DNA of 64,000 nucleotides. It comes from Mycoplasmatales bacterium. GTDB taxonomy: Bacteria > Bacillota_I > Bacilli_A > Mycoplasmatales > G963692675. The translations under genes and the position numbers were made by a program. The first letter of the stretch is position 1. The number at the start of each line of letters is the position of its first letter. Positions 1-12,605 of the stretch are shown one piece after another. Location: the NCBI GenBank assembly GCA_963692675.1, contig OY830043.1:20563-84562 (forward strand). The letters run 5' to 3'. The notes below the pieces were generated by a model. That model worked only from the letters and a program-made list of their open reading frames with translations, did not search any database and was not told the origin of the DNA.

Positions 1-388
1 TCTCAAATTTACGAACTTTTGTTAGCTTATCAACTAAAAAAGCTATTTCCTTTGTAAAATTTTTGGCTACTGTCTCATAGGTTTCATCTTCAATATCTTC
101 AATTAAATCATGAAGTAAGGCAGCAATAATCATTGCTGGACTACATTCTCATTTGGCAATATAATATGCAGTTGTTAATAAATGATAAAAGAAAGGATCG
201 CCATTTTTTCTTTTAATATGGCTAAATTTATCTTGTACATATAAAGCTGCCCGCTTAATTTCTTGAAAATCCTCATTTCTATTAATGTAACTAGCAGCTT
301 CAATAAGAGTATCAACTGACTTAATAATCAGTGGTTCTCCATAATTAGGGGGGAGGTTTAGTTTTTCAGTTAGAGATCTATTAATCAT
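1..388 (-). CDS. relA: RelA/SpoT-family (p)ppGpp synthetase/hydrolase, 5' part only (gene runs off the left edge)
   Basis: ORF 149..388 reads through an in-frame TGA (149-151) into WECSPAMIIAALLHDLIEDIEDETYETVAK, the HD-domain HDxxED motif. It lies directly downstream of apt, as in Firmicutes. Confidence 0.75.
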
Positions 389-897
389 TTATTTTTATAA
401 TCAGTTAATATTTTATCACCTTTAAATGAAGCAATTCGTCCCAAGAAACAAATTCCTACTACATTTGCCTTTAACTGGTTTACTAATTCTATTGCTGCTC
501 TTACTGAGCCCCCAGTAGCTAAAATATCATCAACAATTACCACCTTTTCTCCAGGTTCCAGAGAATCACGATGAATTGAAAGTTCCCGTTTTCCATATTC
601 AATATTTGCTAAAGCAGTAACAGTAACACGGGGTAATTTATTGGGTTTTCTAATTGAAGCAAAACCAATACCTAATTGGTATGCAATGGGAGTTCCAAAA
701 AGAAACCCTCTTGCTTCAATGCCTACAATTTTAGTTGGATTTAGGGGACGAGCAAATTTAACTAACTCATCTACAGCATAAGAAAAGGAGGCACCACATT
801 CAATAAGTTTTGAGATATCACTAAAAGTAACTCCCCTTACTGGAAAATTCTCAACTTGCACTATATAATCATTTAAGTTTATGTTTTTCTTTTCCAT
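385..897 (-). CDS. apt: adenine phosphoribosyltransferase
   Basis: PRTase motif VVIVDDILATGGS. ATG at 895-897 is preceded by a G-rich RBS. The track start at 924 is an upstream in-frame alternative. Confidence 0.9.
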   Translation of the reverse strand: MEKKNINLNDYIVQVENFPVRGVTFSDISKLIECGASFSYAVDELVKFARPLNPTKIVGIEARGFLFGTPIAYQLGIGFASIRKPNKLPRVTVTALANIEYGKRELSIHRDSLEPGEKVVIVDDILATGGSVRAAIELVNQLKANVVGICFLGRIASFKGDKILTDYKNK

Positions 898-907
898 ATT
901 CCCCCCC

Positions 908-3409
908 TTACACGTTAATTCCAAGAATTAATTGTTCATCAGGTCCATACAACTCAGTTGTACTTTCACTTAATCTTTTCTTTAATAATTTCATCTTGTA
1001 TAAATGAAAGTAAACTCATAAAAATGAAGCAATAAATATTGATGAATAAGTACCAGATATAAGGCCAATAAACATTAAAATACTAAAGTTATTTGTTGCT
1101 TCTGGACCAAATAGCAGTAATGATAACACAGCCATTAATGTTGTCACAGAGGTTAGAATTGATCTCTTAAAGGTAGCTCGAACTCCCCTTTCAGCAATCT
1201 GTTTAATATCCATTTTACTAAGCACATGGGTTTTGGGAATCTCTTTAACTTCTTCTTGAATTCTGGAAAAAGTAACAATTGTATCATTGATTGAATATCC
1301 AATAATAGCTAAAATGGCAGCAACTGCATTCATTCGTAATTCTACCCGGAAAATTGTAATTAAAGCTAACATAATTAAAACATCATGCACAATGGCAATA
1401 ATTGCTGCCAAAGAATAGGTTCAGCTAAATCTAAAAATACAGTAAGCAAAAATAGCTACTAAAGCAGCACCAATAGCAATCAGTGCATTTCTTACTAATT
1501 CATTAGCAATGGTTGCAGTAATTGTGCCAAAGTCTGTGGAATATTTTAAATCCCTTAAATCACTAATAATTGTTGTCACAATATGAGTGTCAGATGATTG
1601 GATTCGATAAATTAAATGTGTTTCTCCCCTAAGGGAAATTATAGAAAGAGCTGGATCAGAATTCGATACTTCTTTAATAACTTTGCTCACTTCTTCTATA
1701 TCCATCGTTTTTCCTTTGTTTGCTACAATATCTAACCTAGTACCCCCAGTAAAATCAAGACCTAAATTAGGTTGATAAGTAAGAAACATTGCCATTCCAA
1801 TTAAAATGATCACTAAAGAGATAACAGCAAAAATAAAAGCATAATCCATAATTGTTTTTTTGGTAATTCTACTTAATTGATAACCAAAAGTTTTTTTGAA
1901 TTTATGATATGACTTACTAGATGGAGCAGTATGCTTTCTAATGGTTACCCAAAATTTATGAAAAAACGGTTCTTTTAAAACCAATTTATCTGAATTATAC
2001 TTAAGAACATCCTTGTATCGTACCCCAAATAAATATGGTCGCTCATATAAAAAATGACTCTTTATTAAGAAATAGGCCAGCACCCGGTTTAGAAAAACAG
2101 AAATAGCTAAAGTTCAAATAATTGAATTAAGCAACATAATGCTAAATCCTTTGACTGCTCGAACTCCAAACCAAAATAACATAAATGCCGTAATAAAAGT
2201 TGTAATATTCGAATCCAAAATTGTAGCTAATGATTTTCAAGATGACGAGAGATAAGCCCCATTCAGAGTTTTCTTTCTCACATACTCCTTTTTCATGCGC
2301 TCAAGAGTCACAATACTCGTATCAGCAGCCATCCCTATTCCAATAATCATTGCTGCCATTGTATCTGGAGAATACTCTCCCCCAATTTGATTAAAAATAT
2401 ACAATGATGTCACAATGAATAAGGCCATGGTTGTCACAGCTATAATGCCAAAGATTCCATAATAAAATAATAAAAATAAGGAGACGATTGCTAATGCAAT
2501 GACACTAGCTATCAGAACACTATTAAAAGCTGTTATTCCATATGAAGCAGAAACCTCACTTACTTCAAGTAATTCAATTTTATAATCTATTGTTCCTGAA
2601 TTAATTAAATCAATTATTTCCTGAGCTTCATTTCTAGTAAAATCACCTGATAAAATTGCGTTGGAAGTTATTTCTGATGCAACAGTTGCCCTACTGATAG
2701 CATGGGGGCGGCACAAAGTATAAATATAAGGAACCCCTCCTAATCCACTTCGATAACAATATGAATCAATTATTGGAATGACATCGCGAGCTGTAACTTT
2801 TTCTTCATTTGCCAGGGCCTGTTTATTTAAATCCTTAACTGCTTTATTAACTAAACCATCAAAATCTAGATAAGCATATAATAAATGGTCCCCACCCTGT
2901 TTTGAAGAAATATCTTTGGTTACCTTAGCAAATTTATCCTTGTTCACAAAATTAATTCCAATAGCTGGTCGTTGTTGAGCATCAAAAGTAAAGTAGGCTG
3001 CATTTTCTTTTGGAAAATCTGTTCGGGACATTAATTTTGTCCCATCAGAATCATTAAATGTTAAGCTACCTGAAGATTCAAGCATGTTTTTTAAATCCTC
3101 GGTACTTTTAGATTTAAATCCAGCCAGGGTTACATTAATTCGTCCAGATGATGATTCAATTTCAATATTGGGATTAGAAACCCCAAGTGAATCAACTCTT
3201 CTTAGTAAAACCTCAGAAACAGCACCCAAATTAACTTTGTCACCTTCCTGTTTTGCTAACACTTGTAATCTAATTTGGGTTCCCCCAGCAAATTCTAATC
3301 CTAAATTTGCATTATTAGGAATACTTATTCCCCCAAGGATTGTTAAGGTAACTACAACACTTAATATAACAACAAATATTATTAGTCGTAATATAGATTT
3401 TTTTTGCAT
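908..3409 (-). CDS. secDF: fused protein-export membrane protein SecDF
   Basis: ORFs 1016.., 1421.. and 2237.. share one frame and are separated only by TGA codons. The true stop is TAA at 908-910. The product has an N-terminal TM, a large periplasmic-type loop and two blocks of multi-TM SecD/SecF sequence (833 aa). Confidence 0.9.
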
Positions 3410-3614
3410 ATTATCTCTTTTTTAAACTTCTCATTTACTATTTTATAGATATATTCATTTACTATGAAATTTCTTCATTATTCTTTTATATTTTAATACT
3501 AATATAGCAAGTTGTTGAATGAGAGGTTATTCTAATTTTAATGATTTACTCTTTTCTTCTTAATGCTAAAACACTAGTTATCTAAACCAAGTGCCAATTA
3601 AATTTAATGCTATC

Positions 3615-4580
3615 TTAAGAAACTTTTTTAAGAAAAGTAGTTTCGGCAAGCTGAAAATTTAATCTTTGTATTCTTTCTAAGAGAAGCTTGTTTTTTAATG
3701 CATTAGCAACAAGTTTTTCTCCTTTCAATGTTAAAGTTACATCATTCTTCATTTTGATGATTAATGATTCCAATGCTAAATATAATAAAATATAGTTTTT
3801 TAATTTTGAATTCTTATATAAATTATTGATTGCTTTATATTGTTGATAGTTATCATTATTGGGGGCTGAATGTAAAAGAAGTAGATAATAAAGATCCAGA
3901 ATGGTTAATTTATTTCATAATAAAAATTGTTGCTTAAAAAAATTATGAAAATTTAATACCTCTAATTTGGTTAACTCAACAATTTTCTCATACCTTTCAT
4001 ACATGGATATTGTTTTTTCAATATACCTAGGTGTTCTCATATATTCCTTATTCACATTAATAATTGCATAAGCATTTATTTTAGTTTGATCATAACCTGA
4101 ATTAATGATAATTTTATTAGTAATACTGACAATTTCATCATAAGAATATCCTTCCATTTCTAAATCAACTCTTTTTAATTCTGATGCAACTGGTTTATTC
4201 AAAGTTATGATAATAGATAAGTTATCAATTATTTTTTGAATATTCTTATTCCGGTGCTTTGTGTTAATGAAATTTTCAAAATAACTTCTTATGTTGGGCC
4301 TTAATTTTTCGTAATTTTTTAAAAAAACAATTGATTTATAAGTTATAGCTCCAATTTTGGATTTAAAAATACTAATTGATCGATACATTGCACAATCAAT
4401 ACTAATAAATTCTAAACCCAATTGGTTTATAAAAAAATTTGCTAAATAATTGGGTGAAATTGACTTCTTTTTATAAAAGAAAACAATGATTTGCTTTATT
4501 TCATCAGCATGATAGCTTTTTATTAATAAGCTTAATTTTTTTCAATTATTAACTTGACCAATTAATGTCATGTTCCTCAT
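3615..4580 (-). CDS. hypothetical protein (321 aa, soluble, Lys/Asn-rich)
   Basis: ORF 3915..4421 extends through TGA codons upstream to ATG 4578-4580 and downstream to TAA 3615-3617. I recognise no motif. Confidence 0.55.
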
Positions 4581-4681
4581 TATATTATTAGCTAAAAATT
4601 AAAAATACTATCATTATAAAACAGAAAAATACAATTACAAGATTGATTCTAAGAAAGAATATTAAGAAATGAATTTTCTGT

Positions 4682-5806
4682 TTAATCCATAAGGGAAAGT
4701 AAAATATCATCTAAAAAGTCAAAACCATGCTTGGTACACTTTAAATAATCATTTTCCAAAACCAGATTCTTTTTTTCTATTTCAAAGTTAATTTGGTTCT
4801 GATATGTTTTTCAAGCATTTTGATATGGAAATACCTTAATATTAATGCCTTTTCTCAATCGTAACCCCATTAATAAAACCTGAAAGAGAAACTGTCGTTC
4901 ACTTAAATATATTAGCTCTTCCATAACATTATCAAGCTTTCCAGTTAGCCTTCGGCGAAAATAAGTTTTTTGGGATTTATCAAATAAAAGTGATGCTGCT
5001 CCTCAGCCAATTCCTAAAAAAGTTTTACTTAACCAATAAGCCATATTATGAATTGATTTGTTATTATTCTTTGCATAACTACTAATTTCATAATGAGAAA
5101 ATCCTCACATCCTTAACTTTTTTTGAACAATTCTAGAAAAAGTCTCTTCATTATCAGGTAATTTTTTTTGTTTTATGGATAATGGTGTGTTTGGTTTTAA
5201 CATTAAGGAATATCAAGAAATATGATCAGGTAAGTAATTCTTAATTAAATTTAGATCTGCCTCAATATCTTTTTTTTGTTGATTAAATAAATTCAAAATA
5301 AAATCATAAGAAATTAACATTGATTTTTCATTAGAAATATCTAAGAAGGCTTCAATTACTGATTTTAAAGACTGAGGGCGGTTACACTGATAATTTAATT
5401 TATCATTAGTTGTTTGGATTCCCAAAGAAATACGATTAATTCCATATTTTTTAAAAATTGCTAGATGACCTTTGTTTCAGCTAGAGGGGTTACACTCAAT
5501 TGTATATTCTTTTAATTTACTTTTGCTTGTGTATTTATTTATTGTTCCTAATAATTGATCTAATTCCGCACAAGAACAGGCATTAGGCGTTCCTCCCCCT
5601 AGATAAATTGTGGTAGTGTTTTTAAGCAAGGAAGCAAAATACTTTAATTCCTCATCAAGATGTTTTAAATATCGCTGATATTCATTTTGATCATAGATAA
5701 CTTTGGGAAAGTCACAATAAGTACAAAATCGCTTACAAAACGGGACATGAACATACAAATGTTCTACTGGCCCCAATGATGATGGATTTAATTGTGATTT
5801 AAACAA
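4682..5806 (-). CDS. hemW: radical-SAM heme chaperone HemW (HemN-like, oxygen-independent coproporphyrinogen oxidase family)
   Basis: LYVHVPFCKRFCTYCDF carries the CxxxCxxC radical-SAM motif. ORFs 5477.. and 5213.. are in the same frame, joined by TGA. NRISLGIQT motif present. Stop is TAA at 4682-4684. The apparent start is TTG. Confidence 0.85.
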
Positions 5807-5832
5807 GCAATTATAAATAAACTAATTAGATT

Positions 5833-6765
5833 TTATTTTTTCAAACTAAGTAAGTTAGGAACAGAAGGCTTAAACTTTCTTAGAATAAAGTAAACTAACA
5901 CTCCAAGTATAAAAATAGCTAAAGTTATGAAAATACAAATTCTGCGATTTCTTTTCTTTATTTCAATGATTTGTTCTTTAGGAACAATTTCATGACCAAA
6001 TCTTGCATCATAAACATTTGCTTTTCGGTAACGTAAGAAAATAAAGACCACATGAACAACAAACACAGCAGCTAAGGATAAGCCAAAGGTTATAACTCAT
6101 GTTTCTAATTCACTAGCTGTTTTGATTAGAAGAAAATCTTGGTTTATAAAAGTGTTTTCATAACTTACTGCATAAACAATTCCAATAGCTAAGGCTAAGG
6201 CAATATATGCAAGAAATGCAAAATAATGAATAAAAGTATTATTACTTCTTAAAGAACGATAATATTTTTTCAAACTTAAAGGAACATAAAAATCATTTTG
6301 TCCAAAAGTTCGGGTTCGGAAAGAATCTTTTCTAACTATATATAGTCTCATTCCATAAATAACTAATAAAACAAAACCAACAAAAGTTCCAAGAGCCATT
6401 CAAACTAAATGACCTGCACCAGTAATAGAAGCCTCAAAATCAAATGAATATTGAGTTCCAGTTACATAAAAAGCAATTAATGCCCCTCCGATTGCTAAGA
6501 TTAAAAAAGCAAAAACTGATACAATCAATGAACGCAATTTTAACTTTCATAATTCCACTTTAACAAATCTTTTGTCATCAGATGCAGTTACAGGTCGATC
6601 ACCTGCATTATATTGTGTCACCTGTGGTACTGGAGCTTGTTGCTGATAAGTATCATAGCCATAATCAGCTCCCTGCGCTTGTTCAGGATGTTGCATCCTC
6701 CTAACTTGTGGTCGAGGTGAATAATCATATTCATCAACTCCATGTCTTCTAAATGTTTTTCTCAT
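5833..6765 (-). CDS. multi-pass membrane protein with Pro/Gln/Tyr-rich cytoplasmic N-terminus (310 aa)
   Basis: ORFs 6547.., 6097.. and 5833.. are one frame joined by TGA. ATG 6763-6765 has a GGGGG RBS. About 70 aa of low-complexity N-terminus are followed by about 5 hydrophobic helices. Confidence 0.7.
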
Positions 6766-6804
6766 TATATACCCCCATAATTCAAACTATTTAAATTTTC
6801 TGCT

Positions 6805-7626
6805 CTAAGCAGTTTTTTCTACTGTAACCTTGCGTCGTCTTCTTCTTCATCGGCTAAGGCCTTTCCCCTTCAAATCTTCTTTAAATTCATCTAATTCTTC
6901 TTGAACTTCAGGATTTTCCTCTAATAATGCTCTTGTTCTTCCACCAACTTCACTTTCTAATTTTGCTAGTTGTTCATCAGCTAATAGATGAGAACGATGA
7001 AGTTTTTCTTGGCGAATAACTTCTCTACTAAAATCCCGTGCTTCTTTAGTTGTATCCAAATCTCTTTTATCCTCAAATGCTCGTTGAAGCATGCGGTATT
7101 TTTGTTGGGGAGTAATTCCTTTAATTTCTTTTTTATCTCCCCCTAGTGATGCTTCTAATACTTTGACATAACCAAGAAAATCTTCTAGTTGATCCTTTTC
7201 TAAATTAATAGTTACATTTTTGTTAGTAGGTGAAATTTCATTAAGAATTTGAGTAACAGGTGCAAAACCTAAGTGTTCACGAGACACGCCTCTATTAGCA
7301 CTGATAATACTTGCTATAACACTTTTTCAAGGACCTTCAATTTGTCCTCTTAAGGCATCAACCCCAATCACTCCATAAGGATGGTCATCAGATATTTTTC
7401 TTGCAACTCTTCTAGCTAATAAATAATCAGGATCTTCTTCAATATCTTCTTCAGCATCAGATGCCTCTTCATATTTATTACTAGATGCTTTTTCTGCTTC
7501 ATACCCATCGTATTCATAAGCATAGTATCCCTTAACTCGACGGCTTATTGAAACAATAAAAACAATTAATAAGATAGCAGCAATCACTGAGCCTGCTGTT
7601 ATTATTACAGGAAATATTATGTCCAT
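6805..7626 (-). CDS. single-pass membrane protein with acidic linker and charged helical cytoplasmic domain (273 aa)
   Basis: ORFs 7327.. and 6847.. are in the same frame, joined by TGA. ATG 7624-7626 follows AAGGAG. The N-terminal TM is IIFPVIITAGSVIAAILLIVFIV. The tail ends RWRRRRKVTVEKTA, with TAG at 6805-6807. Confidence 0.7.
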
Positions 7627-7720
7627 CTAACTCTCCTTATTACCTACACTTTTATTATATTAGAAATAAGAAATTATTTGAATAACAATGTATGTGTTTG
7701 GAGAAAAAATCTTTTCTTTT

Positions 7721-8113
7721 TTAACTGTTGCTTTTCGATAATTGATAATTTAAGATTTCAGCAGCCACAAGAGAATCATTTCTTTGCTTGAAGGTTTTTT
7801 TCTTATAAGCACTTTTGGATGTTAAACGCTCATCCACTAGAATAAATTGACAATGAGGAAAATCATTTTCTAGTTTCTTCTTTATTTCACGAAAATAAAG
7901 AGATAATTCACTTTCTTGTCCATCCAAATGTAATGGTAAACCAATAAAAACTTTTTTAATTAAATTTTGTTGATTTAGTTTTTTTAGTTCTGTTAATAGT
8001 TCATCATAGAGATTATCCATAATATAAAGATTTTTATAAGGAGTAGCAATGACATATGATTTAGAAATGGCTATCCCCACATGTTTTAATCCTAAATCTA
8101 AAGCAATATACAT
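7721..8113 (-). CDS. ruvX: Holliday-junction resolvase-like / pre-16S rRNA nuclease YqgF (RuvX)
   Basis: N-terminus YIALDLGLKHVGIAIS and C-terminal VDERLTS motif. The alaS-ruvX order is as in Firmicutes. Confidence 0.85.
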   Translation of the reverse strand: MYIALDLGLKHVGIAISKSYVIATPYKNLYIMDNLYDELLTELKKLNQQNLIKKVFIGLPLHLDGQESELSLYFREIKKKLENDFPHCQFILVDERLTSKSAYKKKTFKQRNDSLVAAEILNYQLSKSNS

Positions 8114-10536
8114 TATAGCAAATGAGATAGAACCTTAATGAACTGAGTTATATTTGTTTGCAATTGTCCCATAAAGCGATCCTTTCTTCCCCCACCTTTA
8201 ATTATCAAATTACTTTTAAGATGTTCAATAACATACTGATGATCTTTATTAACACAAATCATCACATTATCCAAAGTTGTTCCAGTAAGAAAAATAACCA
8301 CCTTTTCTTGTTTGTATTTTTGATCATAATAATTTAGTAAATCACTTTGCTTAACTTTCTGATTTAATTGAAGCAGTCAACATTGTGGCTTTTTTAATTT
8401 GATAATGTCAAAAGCACCTGGATTAAATTTGCTTTCCTTTTTCTTTTGGGCATTTTGTTTTAATAATGCTTCTTTCTTTGTCAAAAATTCTTTTGCCAAA
8501 AATCCTGTTAAAGCTTCAATACGATAAGTATTAAGACCTTTGGTTTTAAAATTCTTAATTACAAAATCCTGAATTTTATTTGTTGAACTCACATGAGTTC
8601 CCACACATAATTCTTTGGAATTACCAATAATAACTCCTCGTAACTTATTATGTTTAGAATATTCTTCAAGAAATGTTAATAAAAAATCTTGGTTTTTTGC
8701 TTCAGCTAATGTGAATTGTACTGATGTAACTTTAAAATTATCTTTAATATCTTTTCTAATTCTTTCTTCAATTTTCACCATCACTTCTTGTTTATTAAAT
8801 TTGGTCATGGTTGTAAAATCAAGACGTAATTTTTCTGCATTTTTAGCGGTTCCTGCTTGTAAAGTACCTTTCCCTAAAATATCTCGTAAGTGATAATGTA
8901 AGAGGTGGGTTGCACTATGATTTGCTTCAATTTTTTTTCTTTGTTTAGCATCGACTTTCAAGTTAACAAGCATGCCCTTTTTTAAATGATCAATGTTATC
9001 AGTATTTTTAATTAAATGAAAAATAACATTATTTTTCTTTATGACTCTAGATACCAAAAATTCTTGCTTATCTTTTGTTATTTTTCCTGTATCAAAAACT
9101 TGCCCTCCTCCTTCTGGATAAAATGGTGTTTCTTTAACAACAATTCAGTTTCCTTCTTTGGACTGAATAACATCAAGAATTTGCTGGATATTTTCTAACT
9201 GGTCATTGTAACCAATAAAAGTGGTTTCATCAACTTGAGTTTTCAAAAAGTCATTATGATAGCCTTTAGTGATTTGTTTATTTTGGGAAATGTTTTTATG
9301 ATGCAAAAGGTGTTTTTGAAACATTTGTTGTGAGTATGTTTTATTGTGCAATAAACAAACTTGGTTAATAACTTCAATATCAATGCCCCTTGTTTCATAA
9401 AGTCGAAAAATAAGTTTTGCGTCAATTTGTGAATTCTTTATTTTCATAATTTCCATTGTCACTACTTCTTTTTGGTTATTAATCATTTTTAAAAAAACAG
9501 TTAATTCTTGTTTAATTTGTTTTAAAATAAATGAAAAATTATCTAATATGGTTGGGGTTGTTTGCAGAAATTGTTTCACTAATGGATAAATTATTTTTTC
9601 TAGCTTATTGATTATTTTTAGTGTTTTGGAAAAATATAATTGTAAAGCAATTTTTTTAATTAACATTTTTACAATGTAATTTCTGTTTTTTGGCCCCGGA
9701 AGAATATTGCTATGAATCATCAGATATACTGTTCGTAAATGATCAACAATAATTCTTAGGGATGTCTTACTAGCACTATTATTTATTGATTTTAGCATTA
9801 ATAAAGCATCTTGAAAAAGATCAGTTTCATAAGCACTTTCTACATCATTTAAAACTGCAAGTAGCCTTTCAAAACCACTTCCCATATCAATTTTTTTAAC
9901 TATCAATTTTTCATAATGATCATTGACATGATTAAATGAAGAAAAAACGATATTCATAATTTCAACATAGCGATCATTATCAATTTCATTTTTAATGGTG
10001 TCAGTTGTAAAATTACCATATTTTTTTCCTTTATCATAAAAGAATTCAAGACATGGTCCACAAGGACCACTTCCTAAGTCTCAAAAGTTTGTCTTTAAAT
10101 AAAAAATTTGTTGCTTAGAAATACCTATGGTTAATAATATTTCCAAACTTTTTTTATCATCTGGATGAAGAGTAACATAGATTTGCTCTTTTTTTAACTT
10201 CAGCATTTGAAAAAACTCAAGGGCATTACTAATTGCTGTTTTTTTAAAATAACTTCCTATTGCAAAAAATCCTAACATTTCAAATAAAGTATGGTGATGA
10301 TTACTTTTACCAATCAGATCAAGATCATTAAGGCGAACACACTTCTGAATTGAAACTAAACTTTTGCTAGGAGGGATTGCTTCTTCTAAGAAAAATCTTT
10401 TTAAATGAACTATTCCTGCATTAACTCAAAGTAGTGATGTATCATTAAGTGGAATTATTCCTTGATCGGTAAAAATGGAATGGTTTTTTTTAATAAAAAA
10501 ATCAAGGTACTTTTTTCGTAATTCATTAGCTTTCAT
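8113..10536 (-). CDS. alaS: alanine--tRNA ligase
   Basis: Four same-frame ORFs (10081.., 9145.., 8377.., 8113..) are joined by TGA. N-terminus is MKANELRKKYLDFF. The editing-domain HxxxH motif (HSATHLLH) and the C-Ala domain motif KGGGR are present. Confidence 0.9.
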
Positions 10537-10987
10537 TTTTTTCTCATTCCCTAATTAATTCTAATAATAATTCTGCCCCCATTAAGACACAATTCATTCG
10601 GTTAGGATGTTGTTTTATATTAAGAAACACTAAGGCCTCATTTAATAAATCTTGTTCGTTAGTGCTTCCATTTTTGATCATTTCAACATAGGATGTAAGA
10701 ATTATTTTAGCATCATTAAAACTTTTGTTAAGAATTAAATCAATCAAAATATCAGTTGATGAAATGGATAATGAACAAGCAATTCCATCAAAAAAACAAT
10801 GATCAACTTTTCCATTTGTCCCCTTAAATGCAATTACAATATCATCCATGCAGGATAAATTACTTTTTCTTTTAATAAGTGCATGTTTTATTGTTTTCTT
10901 TAATTTATGATGAGGAGAAAAATAGTGATCCATAATAACTAGGCGTTTGATATCATCACTTTGATAATTGACTTCTTTCTTTTTCAT
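10526..10987 (-). CDS. sufU: SufU/IscU-type Fe-S cluster scaffold protein
   Basis: Three conserved Cys contexts are present: LSCMDD, GIACSLSISS and RMNCVLMG. The track stop at 10544 is TGA, and the real stop TAA at 10526-10528 overlaps the alaS start. Confidence 0.75.
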
Positions 10988-11067
10988 ATAAATTTATTTT
11001 ATGTTACAACATATTAATTAACCAAAGTGGTTTCTTTTTTAACAACCATTATTATTATCACTAATAA

Positions 11068-12102
11068 TTATTGATAATTGATTTTATTTTTTAAATTAAT
11101 CATAAAGTTCATTACAGCTGGTTGTGAAAAATTTTTGTTATGAATATTTAATGTAGCATATTGTTCCTGAAAATCAGGTATTGATATAAATTGATAAACC
11201 TCATTTTTATAACTAAAAGATAATAAAGAAGAATGAAGAGCAATGTTATTTTGAAATTTCACTTTTCCATATTTAGCATCTCCAAAAACGGGATGATTTA
11301 GCTCACTCAAATGCACTCTGATTTGATGTGTTCTTCCAGTTACTAACTGGGCTGCAATTAAAGTATATATTTTGCTAGCACAATTAATATCAGTAATTTT
11401 ATAAAACCGAGTAATTGCTTTTTTACCAATAGATGAAACAATGATTTTATTATTAACATAAGAATTAGCTAAAGATGAATGAACTTCGAATAGATTCTTC
11501 TTCACTTGGTTATGAACTAAAGCAACATACACTTTATTTATTTTTTGGTTTTGAAAAAGAGATTGGAAAATTGTGTATGCTTCCTTAGTTTTAGTAACAA
11601 TCATTAAACCCGTTGTATTTTCATCAAGACGGTGTACAATTCCTTGTCGGTATTTTCGTCCTCCTGCTATTAAATATCCAGCAGCTTTTAAAGTGGATGA
11701 GACATCGCAGCTTTCCTTTTTTGTGGGCGCATAATGACTAAGAATATTTCATCCTTTATTAATAATTAGAAAGTCTGCATGCTCGTAATGAATAATGATT
11801 TGTTTTTTCTTAGGCGTTGCTTTTGTGTATAAAATATTATCTGTTTTTTGTAATGGAATCCTTGTGACTTTTGCCTTTACTTGTGAGATTTCTTTTGTCT
11901 TCATTGAAGTTAAAACTTCAATTACTTCGGTTGCGGACACTTGTTTAGAACAATCAGTTATTTTCACATTATTTAGTTTTACATTACCTTGCTTAATAAG
12001 CAGCCTTGCTTGGTTTCGACTTAGATTATATTTAATTGCAATGAATTTATCTAATCTGAGTTTTTTTTCTATAGGTACTAATTTTGCTAAGTTCATTTTC
12101 AT
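11068..12102 (-). CDS. rluD: RluA/RluD-family 23S rRNA pseudouridine synthase with N-terminal S4 domain
   Basis: ORFs 11749.. and 11068.. are in the same frame, joined by TGA. Motifs HRLDENTTG and GRTHQIRVH are present. The lspA-rluD pairing is typical of Firmicutes. Confidence 0.85.
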
Positions 12103-12604
12103 CACTATCTTCCATTAAAAAAAGTGAATAAAGAATAAATAAAACCCCAATAATAACATACGAATCAGCTATATTAAAATAAACAATATTATCAAAGCTG
12201 ATAAAATCAGTTACGTGTCCATCATCAATTCGGTCAATCACATTTCCTAATCCAGCAGCTGTAATTCAAAAAAAAGCAAAACAAAATTCTAATTTTGTTC
12301 CAAAACAAAAAGCCAAAAGGGTAATGATCAGGATTGCAACTTGAATCACAACTGACAAAGTCATTTCATTTGCTAAAATGCCAAAAGAAAGACCAGAATT
12401 ATCTTTGTATGAAAAATATAAGGTATCATTAATTTGCAAAAAATCTTCATTCATGTTTGCTAAATTTTCTTTTGCTAAATATTTACTTATAAAATCCAAA
12501 AAGAGAAATAAGATAATGAAAAAAAATAAAAATAATTTGGTTCATTTATATTTCAATAAGTTAGTTTTTGAAATTCTAGCAAATGAAGAAAAACGTTTTT
12601 TCAT
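12047..12604 (-). CDS. lspA: lipoprotein signal peptidase II
   Basis: ORFs 12266.. and 12047.. are in the same frame. Motifs GLGNVIDR and FNIADS are present. ATG at 12602-12604 follows the ileS stop immediately. Confidence 0.8.
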
Positions 12605-12605
12605 T

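Noticed and set aside
908-3409. The fragmentation of secDF, alaS, ileS, clpB, uvrC, feoB and other genes into 2-4 ORFs looked like widespread pseudogenisation.
   Set aside because: Every break is a TGA in the same frame, and the joined products are full length with conserved motifs. This is genetic code 4, not gene decay.
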